NCBI GenBank assembly: GCA_028534125.1
Contig: CM052817.1
Coordinates: 26,662,001-26,726,000, forward strand
From: Lama glama
Taxonomy: Eukaryota
DNA: 64,000 nucleotides
Reading direction: 5' to 3'
In this document: positions 37,725 to 50,773 of the stretch, one piece after another
How positions within the stretch are numbered: position 1 is the first letter of the stretch
How the letters are laid out: every line of letters begins with the position of its first letter
The notes under the pieces: model-generated
The model's database searches: none
The model's input: the letters and a program-made list of their open reading frames with translations, nothing else
Told to the model about the DNA's origin: nothing
Made by a program: the position numbers and the translations under genes

Positions 37725-39289
37725 AGATTAATGTGCAATTTGGAATTCTTCGGAGTTTTATTTGCTGACCAACAGACACATTGCAGTTTGAAGATAATAT
37801 GCAGTGTTAAGCAGTGTCTTCCAGCACTAGCTGGAATTTAATTCAGTTGGAAGGTTTTAGAATGTATTTATCCAAGAGGTAATTCTGTCTCTGTGTGCAG
37901 TTAGATTTCTACTTCTGTGTCCTTTATGTATACCATAAAATGTTTGTCTTTACTAACAGTCTCTTCTTAGTCACGACCTAGCATACAGAATGTACAGGTA
38001 CAATAAAATACTTCCCATATTGGTTAAAAGCGAAGACTTCGGAGTTCAATTCAAGACTTACTAGGTGTGTCATATGAGGCTCCAGGTCCACATCTCTAAG
38101 ATGGTTCTAGTAATAAAAGCACCCATTTCAGAGGACTGGTTCCAGGATTAAATGCCATTTAATGCTACACGTCAGGGGGGAAAGAATCAAAGATCAGCTT
38201 CTGCAAAACGTTTCCAAGGTTTGGCCTCACCCAGAGCGGTTATCTTACTGCCCTGCGCCAAGTTACCACCGCCCACTAGAGTAAACAGCAGAGAGAACAC
38301 TGTCCCCATGGGCAGGCCTCTGGGATGGGGACATTTCTGTTACCTTGGGCTGTGAACATGTTGAAAGGAGTTCTAACAAAATGGAGGCAGAAGACCTGGA
38401 ATTTACCTGTGGGCCCAAACAATAAGCTGAAGACCGGAACCGGGCTCTTTTTCTTTCTATCTCAGCTGACAACCTTCTGCTATTTGCAGGCATGGCGTCG
38501 AGGACACACAAAAATCCTCCCATGACTCCCTTCCATTTAGGGGGAATCCTGAAAGGCTCAGGAGGCACTAGAATAATGACATCCTAGGCCACACCTTCTG
38601 TCAGTTCCTGGCTAATCTGAGAAGAGTTCATTCTTAATGACACTTCAAGAGTCAGATTTTGTTATAGCAAAGGACATCATTCAGTGAATGACTGTTTGAT
38701 AAACAGATGCAAAGCCATGAGGCTCACTTTTCTCAGGCATTTCTATCAACACATCCCTGAAAATGAGGCATTTGGCTGTGGGTTCCCAGGGCCCTGGCTG
38801 TGCACCAGGAGAAGGTAAAATCACCCGCCCAAAAGGAGCGGCACAGGGGAGTTTTCAGTGGGGGTTTGGCAGTACACACATACCATTGGGAATCTGTTAT
38901 CTGGTTCCCTTTAAATAAGCATTACACACATATTTTTTCTCAACAGGTTGATGGGATAGTGCTGAAAAAAATGAACCCTGCAAATTTGGCCACCTCTGCC
39001 TCCTGGATTAAGGTTTTCCCAGACTGTGAACTAGCAGGAGGATGGCATCTCGTTTCACCCCTTGTCTGGGCTCCTGTGACCTACACCTTCCAGGGATCTG
39101 GTGAGGATGGAGGGCTGACTGGCAGACCGATGCCAGGGAGGAGAAAGAGAAGGAGAAACAGCGATGACTTGTATCATAATAGCAGCTTGAATTTATGCAG
39201 TGTTTTGCAATTTATAAAATTCTTTCACATACAGAATCTAATTTCCTAAAATCTGAGAATTTGAGCTGCAAAGGAACCTCAGGTGTCAA

Positions 39290-39488
39290 ACTTTCTCAAC
39301 TTCATTCCCTGCTGACATTTTGGGGGTAGTAATTCTTTGCTGAGGGGAGGGGGCCCTGTCCTGTGCACCATGTCATGTTTCAGATCATCCTGGCTCTCTA
39401 CTGATTGGATGCCCACCCCCACTTCCAACATATGACAACCAAAAAGGCCTCCCAGGGGAAAAATTTGCTCCCTGCTCTGAATTACTGA
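39290..39488. mobile_element. MER20-like hAT element
   Basis: ttctcaac...tgacattttggg...taattctttg...ctgtcctgtgca...tgacaaccaaaaa...gaattactg. Confidence 0.7.
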
Positions 39489-41046
39489 TCGAGTCTGACT
39501 ACCTTAGAGTTATACATAGATCATATACTTGCACATGGGCGGTACTAATTAAGTAGCAAGAGAAGTTGTTACACTCTCCACCCTCAGCATGGGCTTGGTT
39601 TCTTGATCTGGCTCTTGCTGTCAAATGCTGAGAAATGTGCAAGATTTTTCAAAGGTCCAAGGTAGTATTTCTTTGATGCCAAACTACTCATTTAACTTGG
39701 TTGAAAACCCATCGATTTAATTTTTCAAAGTAAACAACCACCACCATAAAGCCCTATAAGACTAATTCTACTGTCAAATTCATTTGTCATCCAGCAAACT
39801 AACAGGCCTGGGTCACACAAACACCACTTTTGAAATCAGGCTAAAGATCTGCCAAGCTATAGAAGTGCCTCATTTAGATTCAGACCCCTCTGCTTCATGG
39901 ACGTGTGAAAACTGCTGACAATCTGCTTTTTGTCACTGGTTCTTTAATAATGTAGAAAATTTTCCTTAAGATTCAGTTTTTCTTTTTAAAGACATACTAT
40001 GAATGATCACTGAAAATGTGCTCCCGGCACACAATCAATTCACTGATGCTAAAATCACTTCTGAACCTCTTAGGCAAAAGGCAATGATCTGATGAAATGG
40101 ATGATCAAACAATATTTGTGTATGCATTCATTCATTTATTCACTCATTCATTCAAACACTTGCTGATTGCACTGACTGAACACTGCTGTATGCCAGGCCT
40201 TGCTAGGTGCTTGCCAATACATTGGTGACTACTGCATAGTCCTTGGGGCTCCTAGTCTGGCAAGGGTGACAGAGAAGGAGGGAGAGGAGAGAGAGCAGAG
40301 CTAACACCATGAGCAAAGATGGGCAGCCACGTAAGGTTATTTTGCCCTAGGAGGTCATATATGTTCTTTGAACAAACATTTCATTGAGTGCCAAAGCTAT
40401 GACAGTAGCTTAGTAAAATACATAAGCAGCAATTGACCATGAGTCAAAACAGAACCCAAGGAGTGACCCAGCTGTAACAGGTGGACAAGGACTGAAAATC
40501 TGCACATGTCTGGTTTAATTGTATTTACAGACAGATGAAAATTCTGGAGGAGTGAAGCTCTTCTTATCCTCCTACACTTAAAACTACAAGATCATATAGC
40601 GCATCATTGCAAATGTAGTACTTACCCAATGATGTTGTAATGGAATGAATGAACTGAAATCATGAAAATCAAAAAACATTTTATTGAGCATCTTTATGCG
40701 CCAGACACTGCTGACTGCCATCACTTAGCACAGTGACATGATTTCAGAGGAGGACAGTGTTCCACAGCATGTTTAGTATTTTGGGAAAAGTGGCTGCAGA
40801 GTGTACTTCACTTATATGCTAAGAAGAGAGCAGCACTAAAAGAGAGGAGATGACTTAAATGCAATCCTCCATGAAGGGAAGGAGATGGACTAGAAATAAT
40901 CTCTCGGAAAAAGTTTCTGTAATGTATGGTTTAAAAACTCTTGAGTTAATTATAGGTGCCGTTTCTGAGCACCTATTATGTGTATAAGTCACCTTAAGGA
41001 AGTTATTTGATTTTTCATGACATCTCAGTGAGATGAAATTTAAAAC

Positions 41047-41256
41047 ATGGGCCCTCAAACTCCAGCCAGAGGGACAAATGGAACCCTGTGGCTGTTCTTA
41101 TAACTTTGTGTTGGAATACAGCCATGCCCGTTTGTTTACCTGCTGTCCATGGCGTTCATGCGACAGTGGCAGGGCTGAAAATGCTGCAGCAGGGACAGTA
41201 CGGTCTACAAAACCTAAAATATTTACTGTCTGACCCCTTATAGCAAAAGACCCCTG
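41047..41256. mobile_element. MER58A-like hAT MITE
   Basis: ttggaatacagccatgcccgtttgtttac...aaaacctaaaatatttactgtctgaccc. Confidence 0.7.
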
Positions 41257-43043
41257 CTCTAGGGTCAGAGTTCCTAGGTTTGAGCCCCAGCTCTTTAACT
41301 GTATAGTTGTATGATGTTGGGTAAGTTATTTAAAGACTTCTTCCTCATCATCCTCATTTGCAGAAAGAGACCAGTGGTGGTGCTAATCTCTGTCTCAACG
41401 CGTCACTGCGAGGAATACATGTCCTGCTTGATAACAGAATTTTCTGCTTGAAATTGATTTTCTGCTGATAAAATAATTGTTAAAGCTAAACAATCGGAGG
41501 GAATTTACTCCTAGATTTTTGTGGACAAACCGGAAGGGAACTTCTATAGCTATCACCTTTCATATTTACATAGGAAAGTGCTTTAAGACACTGTATATGT
41601 GAAATGTGTGGTTATAATGATGCATTTTTAAAGCTAATGATTATGCAAAAAGCAACACTTGATATTTATTCAATCTGTAAGTATTGTATTCTTTTTATTA
41701 CTACTTAGTATACCTACACTAATGCTTTGTATCTACCCACTGAATGTAGTAGTAAATATTATTTGTCAACTATGATGTATGAAGTTACCACCCCAAGTTT
41801 AAGAAAGTTACCTGAGAATAATATTCTTAGAAAAATCTTATGTGGCAGTATTTGAATATACAAACTGGTAGTTTGATGGATGGTTATTTTTATTATAAAA
41901 ACATTCTTTAATTTGCAAAGGGATTTATAATAGAGTTACTTTAGATAGGAAGTCCCCTGTGTCATCCAGAGTATGATTCAAGTTGTTGAAAAATTGATCT
42001 CTCTACAAATGTCTTTCCTGTTTATACCTTCCCTACGTATGGATATATATATATACTTACAATACTATGCCAAAGTAGCAGAATTCTAATCTAATAAAGG
42101 AGCCTTCTCTTTGGGGTGATAGCCTCTAGTTTAACTTCTACTGGGCATTAGAGTCTGCTTATATTCAAGACAAAACAAAGTCTGGACAGTCCAAGTATAG
42201 TCGAGATCCAGATATGAAGAGTAAAAGCTTACAGTCTTTACGATGGTGTGTAAATGCCTTTCTTTTCCCTCAAATTCAAACTATATTTGCAAGTAGTAGC
42301 TATATGGTACTAGTAGGATTTATCATTACTATGCCATGTTTACATCAGTACATGCTTTACAGGATATGTTCTGTTATTACCTTCTGGTGGTATGTCAAAT
42401 AGTAGTATGCAAGAATACCATAGGTCTCTTTGTAAGAAAATGACAAATTGCCTGTTCAGAAACAAAGACTCTGAAATGGAATGACCTAGTCAAACATTAG
42501 CTTCAGTTTTAGGTGCGACCTTCTGATTTTGTTTGGTTAACATTAGTCATTTCAGTTCTGGCTATGAAACAATATCTGCTACCACAGAAAAAAACCAGAT
42601 CCTGTTTAATGTTGATGTCCTTGTATTTCATTAAGTATCCCAAAGCAGTAGTTATAATGAAAGAGCATCTGTCCAGAAATACTCTCAACATTGAATAAGC
42701 AAGCCATGGGTTACCTTCTTCTACAAATTTTAAGTTGAATGCCAGGTACTTTTGAAGTTAAAAACATTTTCAAATATTACAACAATATGACTATAATAGA
42801 CTCTTTGTGAGAAAAAATATAAAAGGAAATAAGCCTTCCAGTGGGAGGCAAAGACAATACGCATTCATGCAACTTTAAACTAACCCCAAAATTATACTTT
42901 CTTTTTATTCATTAAATAGTTAAATGTTATTCTCCCTATATTAGCTTTCTAGCTTTGTTCTTCCTCAGGTTATGCTGGTTTTTATTATGATGATGAAGAA
43001 TATAGTGAGAAACGAAAAAGATAGTTTAAAGAGCAGATTCTTC

Positions 43044-43323
43044 CACAGAAAACAAACTATAGTTACCAAAGGGGAAGCAGGGGAGGGATAAATTTGGAAT
43101 TAACAGATACACATTACCATATGTAAAACAGATAAACAAGAAGGACCTACTGTATAGCACAGGGAGCTATAGTCAATGTCTTAGAATAAGCTATAATAGA
43201 AAAGAATCTGAAATTATATATATATGTGTATATATATAACTGAACTGCTTTGCTGTACACCTGAAACTAACATTGTAAATCAACTACACTTCAATAAAGA
43301 AAAAAGTGAAAAGAAAAAAAAAA
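43044..43323 (+). mobile_element. 5'-truncated artiodactyl-type L1 3' end with A-rich tail
   Basis: gaaaacaaactatagttaccaaagggga...aacaagaaggacctactgtatagcacaggga...tgctgtacacctgaaactaacattgtaaatcaactacacttcaataaa. Confidence 0.85.
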
Positions 43324-46300
43324 CAGGTCCTTCTAGCAAAAATATGGCTAAAGTTAAACCCTGACACCCAGTAGCTTAATTCTTTATTGTAAAAACTTGG
43401 ACTATATTAGAAATGGGGTCATCTGAGAGAGGTCTCTTAATAACAGAAAAATTAAAATTCATTTTCTCCTGTGAAGTGATTTTAGATATTTTAGTCTATT
43501 TCCACTTTATTCTATACTGTTTGAAATATATTAGAAAAATTAAAACAATGTTTATCTCATTAGCTATAATTGAAGCTTTTCAAAGGCAGGGACTTTTATT
43601 TTGGTATCCCCAGTGAATAGCCCTGAATGAAGAAATGCATCAGTAAAGGGATAAATCAATGAAAGAACCAATGAGTAAGAACTGTCTTTTATAAGAAACA
43701 GGGTGGGATAAATTGCTTTGGACATTTGTTTTCTATTTCTATTTATCTAGTTATATTTAACTTTTGTGGTTTACTGGCACCTAGGAACAGCGTACAAAGA
43801 GTCATACTAAGCATTGTCCAGCAGTCTGTCTGCAGCACCAGAAGGAGCTCACCAAAGGACAGTTAGGTCACTTTTGGTATTGGAGCTGGCATTTCTAATA
43901 CACAGCTCAGGCACCAGCAGTGTCAAGGGGAAAGGTCCCACCATCTACTGATGGAAGACAGCAAAGTCTCCTTAGATCCTTATTGGTAAGCAGGCACCGG
44001 TCAGGCAGCTGGAGAACTTCCATGATTTTTTTTTTGCCTGCGCCAATACACTTAGTTTCTATTATATTGCCTCAGGGATTTGGCAGACATTTTATGCTAC
44101 AAGGAAATAAGCACAAAGAGAGCAGTTTCCAAACGCTCTCCTATGTGCAGGTTTTATGAAAGGCTGAGTGTTACAGTGCTTGAGCTCACACTCTGGGACA
44201 GGGTCCTTTTCTCCGTGGTATTGCTCTGCTCCTGGGCAGTTCTCTACCATGCGGCAGTGGGTCTTGAAGACTTGGAAGAGAAATTACAGACTAATCTGAT
44301 ACTGAATATAATAAAATAGAAATAAGAAATCTCCAAGTTTCTCGATCCAGTGCTGTCACTCACTCATCTATCTTGCCACACAGGGGGCAAGAGGAGATAA
44401 GGTGGGGAGGCAGCCCTGGGACCTCTGGTCTTAGTGGGAAAAAAAAATCACTACCATCACTGCCGCCTGCTATCTTTCCTCCTGATTCACATTTCTTTCA
44501 ACTTTTCTTTTTCTTAATTATTATTTTCTTTTTCTCATCTTAAATTCTCATTTAATATCTCTGGTTTTCAAATGCAATTGCCTTGGTTAATAAGTACCCC
44601 AGAGTAACATATAGGAATAGGGCAATGCTACTGTCTGATTAGCTGTTGGCTTTAATCCTTGTTTAAATAACACACACACACACATACACACGCAGACACA
44701 AACTACTTTTTACCAGGTATTTACCACTTGAACAAAATGTAGTAATATTTGGTTTAAACTAGGGAAACGAAGAGAGTTTGTCAATTACAAATTATTGAAA
44801 TGCTAAATTTCTAATTTTTTGAGGTAGAATTTGCAGATAGTGGGGAAAAAAGGTTGCTGTATTCTGAGGAAAGATATTTATTAAAAGAAGGAAGAGAAGA
44901 AGAGCGAGGGAAGAGAAGGAGAACCAGTTTTCCCAGTCTCTATAATTTAACTAGGCAGTTAAAGTTAGCTGGAAATTTACATAAAAGTTACACAGACCAT
45001 AAAAGTTACACAGAAAGCAGAACTATATTAGTTAAAGAAACTCATGAAATATAGACTGAAATTTAAGAATGGAAATGAACAGAAAATTTATCTCCAGAGT
45101 TTTACTGAACCTAGGGCATCTAGAATGAAATGTTCAAGTGTCAGGAAGTGTATGATTTTTCAGGCATATTAAACTCCTGGGACTATTGTTGGAGACATAA
45201 TTGCTGTTCATGTCTCATGCAGCCTGTACTTTCATTGTTATGGAGTTAATATTTCAATTGAAAAACTAGCATACCAGTAAAAACGCCCTGATTTAAGCTA
45301 GTCATTTATTCCCAGTCTCACAGGGAAATGCTGGATGTTTTTTGAGTTAATAAAGCATGAAATGACTTTAATGCTTCAAGGGAAATATAGTATACCAGTC
45401 TTGCAGTTTTTAGAAAGCATGGCTTCGCTTATCCCACCTGACATCAGAAAATTTAAGAGGCTTTTTTATTTCTTTTTTCTCCAAATCACCTTTTATGACA
45501 AAAATAAGCAAATAATTTATCCCTGTAAACCAGTCCCTATGAAAACCAAGGGGATGAAGAGGGTCACAGTTTGTTTCTCATAGGTCCTGAAGCCAGAGTC
45601 TTAGTAGATTTAATGCTAATTTGAGATTTGGATGCCCAACTGCCAATACCAGGTTCTAAAGCTGAGAATCCACTTCATGTGCAGAATCCTGCAACTATGG
45701 TGCGTTAGTGCGGCGGTGCTACCTCCAAGCCTGTCAGGGCAGCCAGTCCAGCGCAGACCTTTGGTCCAGGTGATGCTAGGTGAGGCAGCTTACGTGGCCT
45801 GCTAGTTTCTTCTTACTTCTCAAGATTCTGCAAGTGAAGGCGAGGCAGAGCTTCCCGTTTTACGCTGTGAGCAACTTTAGGTTCTGTCCACCATAACACA
45901 GAACTAGGCTGTTTTGGAAACATAGTTTGCCCACGTAATTGTGGCTAATCTAGTTGTGTTTCTCTAAAACAGCAGAGAGAAATTTATTTTGGTATGGACA
46001 TAAATAAATAAATAAATATTTGATGGAGCCCAATTCATAGTCACACTCAGTGTGGAGTGACCTCTCTCTTTCCCTCTGCTGCCAAATATATGTACAGACA
46101 CAACACACATACAGACACATGCACATGCTCGCTTTTTTTCTTCCCAGCCTACAGTGCTATCTACCTTTGCTGTTCTATTGTTGAAGATTTCATGAAGCAT
46201 GTTTACACGAAAATGCTTGCTGATCCCAGCCACTGCCTCACGCTCTCACTGCTGTTTCCTAGTTATGAGAGCTGAGCCAGCTGAGATGTTAGTTCCCCAA

Positions 46301-46464
46301 TTGCTTCAGCTTTTTCTCACCTGTCTGTTGGGAAACCACCGAAGCCTATGCTAGAAAGGAAAGTGGATGAAGATAAGCATTGGCGTGAATATGTGTGCCA
46401 GTTGCTTAACTACACATATCTTCCCTGAGACTTGGCGGGATTAAAAAGTACCTCTTTAGAAAGA

Positions 46465-47700
46465 ACCCTAACCCTTACCGTATGCCATATACAGAAACTG
46501 ACTGACAATGGATCAAAGACCTAAATGTAAGAGCTAAAACTATAAAACTCTAAGAAGAAAATATAGAGGAAAAGCTTCATGACATTGGATTTGGCATTGA
46601 TTTCTTGGATATGACACCAAAACACAAGCAACAAAAGAAAAAATAGATAAACTGGGCTACACCGAAATGAAAACTTTTTGTGAATCCAAGGAGACCCTAT
46701 CAGCAGAGTGAAAAGGCAACCCATGAAATAGGAGAAAATGATCTCTCAAAATATTAAGGAATTAATATCCAGAGTATATAAAGAACCCCTACAATGCAAC
46801 AACAAAAAAGCAAACCAATCAATTTAAAAATGGGCAAAGGGCTAAATAGACAATTCTCCAAAGATGATACACAAATAGCCAACAAGCAGAAGATGCTCAA
46901 CATCACTAATCATTAGGAAGATGCAAATCAAAACCAGTGATATACCACTTCAGACCTATTAGGATGTCTATTATTTAAAAAACAAAACAAAACAGAAGTA
47001 AGTGTTTGCAAGAATGTGGAGAAATTGGAACCCTCATGTATTGCTGGTGGGAATAAAAAGTGGTGCAGCTGCTGTGGAAAACAATATGATGGTTCCTCAA
47101 AAACTTAAACATAGAATTATCACATGATCCACCAATTCTACTACTGGGTATATACCCACAAGAATTGAGAACAGAGATGTGAACAGATACTTGTACACCT
47201 GTGATCATAGCAGTATTATACACACAGCCCGGAGGTGGAAATAACCTGTATGTTCATCAGTGCATGAATGGATAAACAAAATGTGGTATATACACAAAAT
47301 AGAACATTCAGCCTTAAAAAGGAAGGAAATTCTGATACATGCTACAACATGGGTGAACTGTGAAGACATTATGCTAAGTGAAATACACCAGACCCAAAAG
47401 GACAAATACTGTATAATTCCACTTATATGAAATACCTGGAAGCATATTACGTGGTGAGCGTAGCTGCCTTCCAGAAAGTAGAATGGTGGCTGCCAGGAGC
47501 TGAGGAGGGAGGCTGATGGAGAGTTACTTGTTTAATGGATACAAAGTTTCATTTTGGGAAGATAAGAAGGTTCTGGAGCTAGATGGTGGTGATATTTGCA
47601 CAACAATGAAAATGTATTTAATGTCTCTGAACTGCATATCTAAAATGGGTTAAAATGGTAAATTTTATGTTATGCATGTTTTACCACAGTGAACAAAAAA
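46465..47700 (+). mobile_element. Old L1 (L1MB-like) 3' ~1.2 kb, antisense to RBM47
   Basis: tggatcaaagacctaaatgtaagagctaaaactataaaactc...atgcaaatcaaaacc...atggtaaattttatgttatg. Confidence 0.92.
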
Positions 47701-50649
47701 AGAGTCTGGAAAAACCAGCAGAGCTAATATATGAAGTGAAAAAGAGGAAGGAATGCAGATTTTTAAAGAGAAAATGGGAAAATAATGAGAAAAATGATGT
47801 TCTAGGTTATGCGGCTTTTTTCTTCATGTTTATGATTCAAATCTCAGAGAGAGACAAATGATCAATATATTGGCTTTTCAACTGAGGCTTTTTAACTGTG
47901 TGAAATATAGTCAAAATGTGTCCTTTTCCCAAGATTGGGATTAGACATAGTCTGGGGTCTTACAATTCCTTCATGCTTTTAGATTTTGGAAGTTGTTCCA
48001 ACATACACGTAACTTTTTTTTTTTTTAGGTACAAACCAATATTACAAAGTGGCGCAAAATCTGAGTAGAGAGAGATCCAGCAAGTATTTACATAGTATCT
48101 ACTCTTGTTAAAATGCAAGGGACAGTCTACCTCAGAGAGACACCAATGGCCAGTGGCAGACTTTCTTGCCAAAGTTTGGCCCAGTCTCCCAGACAGCGCT
48201 CAGTGCAGCTCAGTAGTTGGGTCAGTTTGTTTTTTTCTGGTAGATGTCTGGTGCAGTGAAGGACAGCTAAATAGTCATGAATGTATTGGTCTGTTACAAA
48301 GTTTGAAAATCTGATTAAAACTCATGAACAGTACAAACACAGATTTTCAGTTTGTATGTGTTTAGGGGGGCAATTGGTGAGGATGAAGATTAGACAGAAC
48401 TAATCTGTAGAAATTATCACTTTAAAATTCCGGTCACAATTCTATGAATCTCTCTGTGAAGGCTGCTGACTATTCCTTGGCTTTGGAAGTCCTCAGCCTA
48501 CTACTTATGAGTTATAGATATTAGAGCTAAAAGAAACCTTAGAGGCTATCTTGAAGGATTTTCCTATTACTTTACTTTCACATTAAAAAATACCATTAAC
48601 ATGAAAATTTTTCCTAGTGTTTAATGCAGGGGAACTTTTCTCTGCTAAAGAACTGATGTGCGTTCATTGCCAGACAATGGAAGTTACACAACACATCATA
48701 TCGCTCACAGTTGAGTTGAGATATCCTGGTTGTTTTTACTACCTTGCCTACTCACATATTTTTACTGAAAACCACCTTAGATGCTCTTCAGATACAGATG
48801 AACTGCACCTCTAACTTTAAAGAAGAAACAGGTCTTGAGAAGTGAGCTGTCCAAGATTGAGCGTTTTTGTTTGTTGTTTGTCTAGACTCACCAACAGAAT
48901 TAAGCTTCTCATAGACAATGAAGGAATCTTCTTTTGTACTGAAGCACATATTACAGAAATGAACAAAAGTGGTGGTAAAAAATACCAGCTGAATGAATGC
49001 AAGCCTCGTATATGCTTTTCCCCATAAACAGGTCTGAGATACACTCTTCTACTGGTATTGGTAAGGACTGGGGTGAGCCAAGGGGAGGGAATGGACTTAT
49101 ATTTCCTGAGCTCCTGTAGAAATATTTATGATTTTCAATCTTCTCAATGTGATAGAACTCAGTCTGTACATGTATGTGTGCAGTGAGATGAACATTGTCA
49201 TATATAATGGGTGAGAGTAGATGGGAGGGCAAGTGTAATTTAATACATTTCCGGAAGACATTTTAACAACATCAAGAGCTTTGCAGGAGTCATTAAAAAT
49301 AGTTCATTCTCATTAACTCCATGTATAGAAATTTACCTTGAGAAAATAATAAGAGACACAAGTAAAATTAAATCAGGTCTGTTCTCTACAGTAGGATTTA
49401 TAGCATAATGTAATGAACACAATAGTATATGTTTATACGTGATGTTACAAACATAATGCTCAACAGTAATGGAAATGGCTAAAAAAATTACAGCATAGTT
49501 GTTGGCTAGAATACTTATTTCATGTTCTCAATTAAGTTAACCTTGTTAAAAATATTTTAGAATATATATGAAGTATTTTAAAAAACTAAACAGGAATAAA
49601 TATACTATAATGTTAACTGCAGCTATCTTTGGGTCATCGAATTATAAGTAATTTTATAGTATTCTTTAATTTCCAAATTTCCTTTAATAAATATGCTTTT
49701 ATACAAAGAAAAACATATAGAATTAGACATTTTTGGCAATCTGAGCCCCTGAATTCAGTGGGTTAAGTCCAGAACCCAGCCTAGAGGAAATGGAAAGAAA
49801 GAATGGTGGGGGAAGGTGGGGAGGGAGGGAAGTGGGGAGTTGCTGGGCAATCAGTATCACCAGTAACTCCTCCCTGACATCCAGGGATCAGCTGCCTCTA
49901 CCTTTCAGGGCTATGTGAGGGCTGTGGCTGCAGCTGGGAGGGCTGGCCATCCAAGGTTCTGGGTGAAGCTGATACAAGTAGCCTCTTTCTTTTATGTACT
50001 CCATCCCTGCCATATCATACATACATAAGATTATCACCCACAGACCAATAATACCCTCTATTTGTGAAGAAGCATTTAGTTGTCAGAGTACATCTACATA
50101 TGTTGTAATTCACTGGATTGCCATGATTTAGAGAGTAGGACATGACAGCTATTTTTTACCTTACATGACAGATGAGGAAATAGAAATTAGAGAAGGCACA
50201 CAGATTGTGCAAGAACATACCAATATCTTCTCTAGCTTGTACAAAGGACCCTTCCTTGCATCCAAAATTTTGAACAACTCTGATTGAAACGTACCTGACC
50301 TCTTTTTTTTCTTTTCTTTCTGTTTTCCTTTTTTTTTTTTTTGGTGGAGGAGATAGATTCATAAACAATATGCAATTATTATATGCAAATATGTCTCTTA
50401 ATTCCTAAGATGCTCACATAGCAGCAGCAGTTTTTCCTCTTGGGCCACAAAGATGTAAACTGAACAAAGACACAAGGACTTATTACATTGTTGGTTCAAA
50501 ATGACTTATGTTGTATGTACCACTAATAATGCCACATAAACATACACCAGGTACACATTGTCTATACAGCAGATATCTTGGTTAAGAAGAATGAAAACTT
50601 AAGATTTTCCTTAAGTGAAGAAGAAAAGGACACCAGCAGGTGTACTCAC

Positions 50650-50773
50650 CAGAAACCACTAATTTGATCTGTCTGATCCTTTACACGATGTAGAGTAAGA
50701 ATACACAGGGACACTCTGGCAGCTTCCTTGGGATTTCTCAGTTCAATTTCTGAAGTATCCTTTGAGGCAAATC
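50650..50773 (-). other. RBM47: RBM47 non-coding 5'UTR exon (124 nt)
   Basis: Strong acceptor ttttttttaccccttag|GAT and consensus donor CTG|gtgagt. It contains no ATG. Sequence GCCTCAAAGGATACTTCAGAAATTGAACTGAG resembles the human RBM47 5'UTR as I recall it. Confidence 0.8.
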
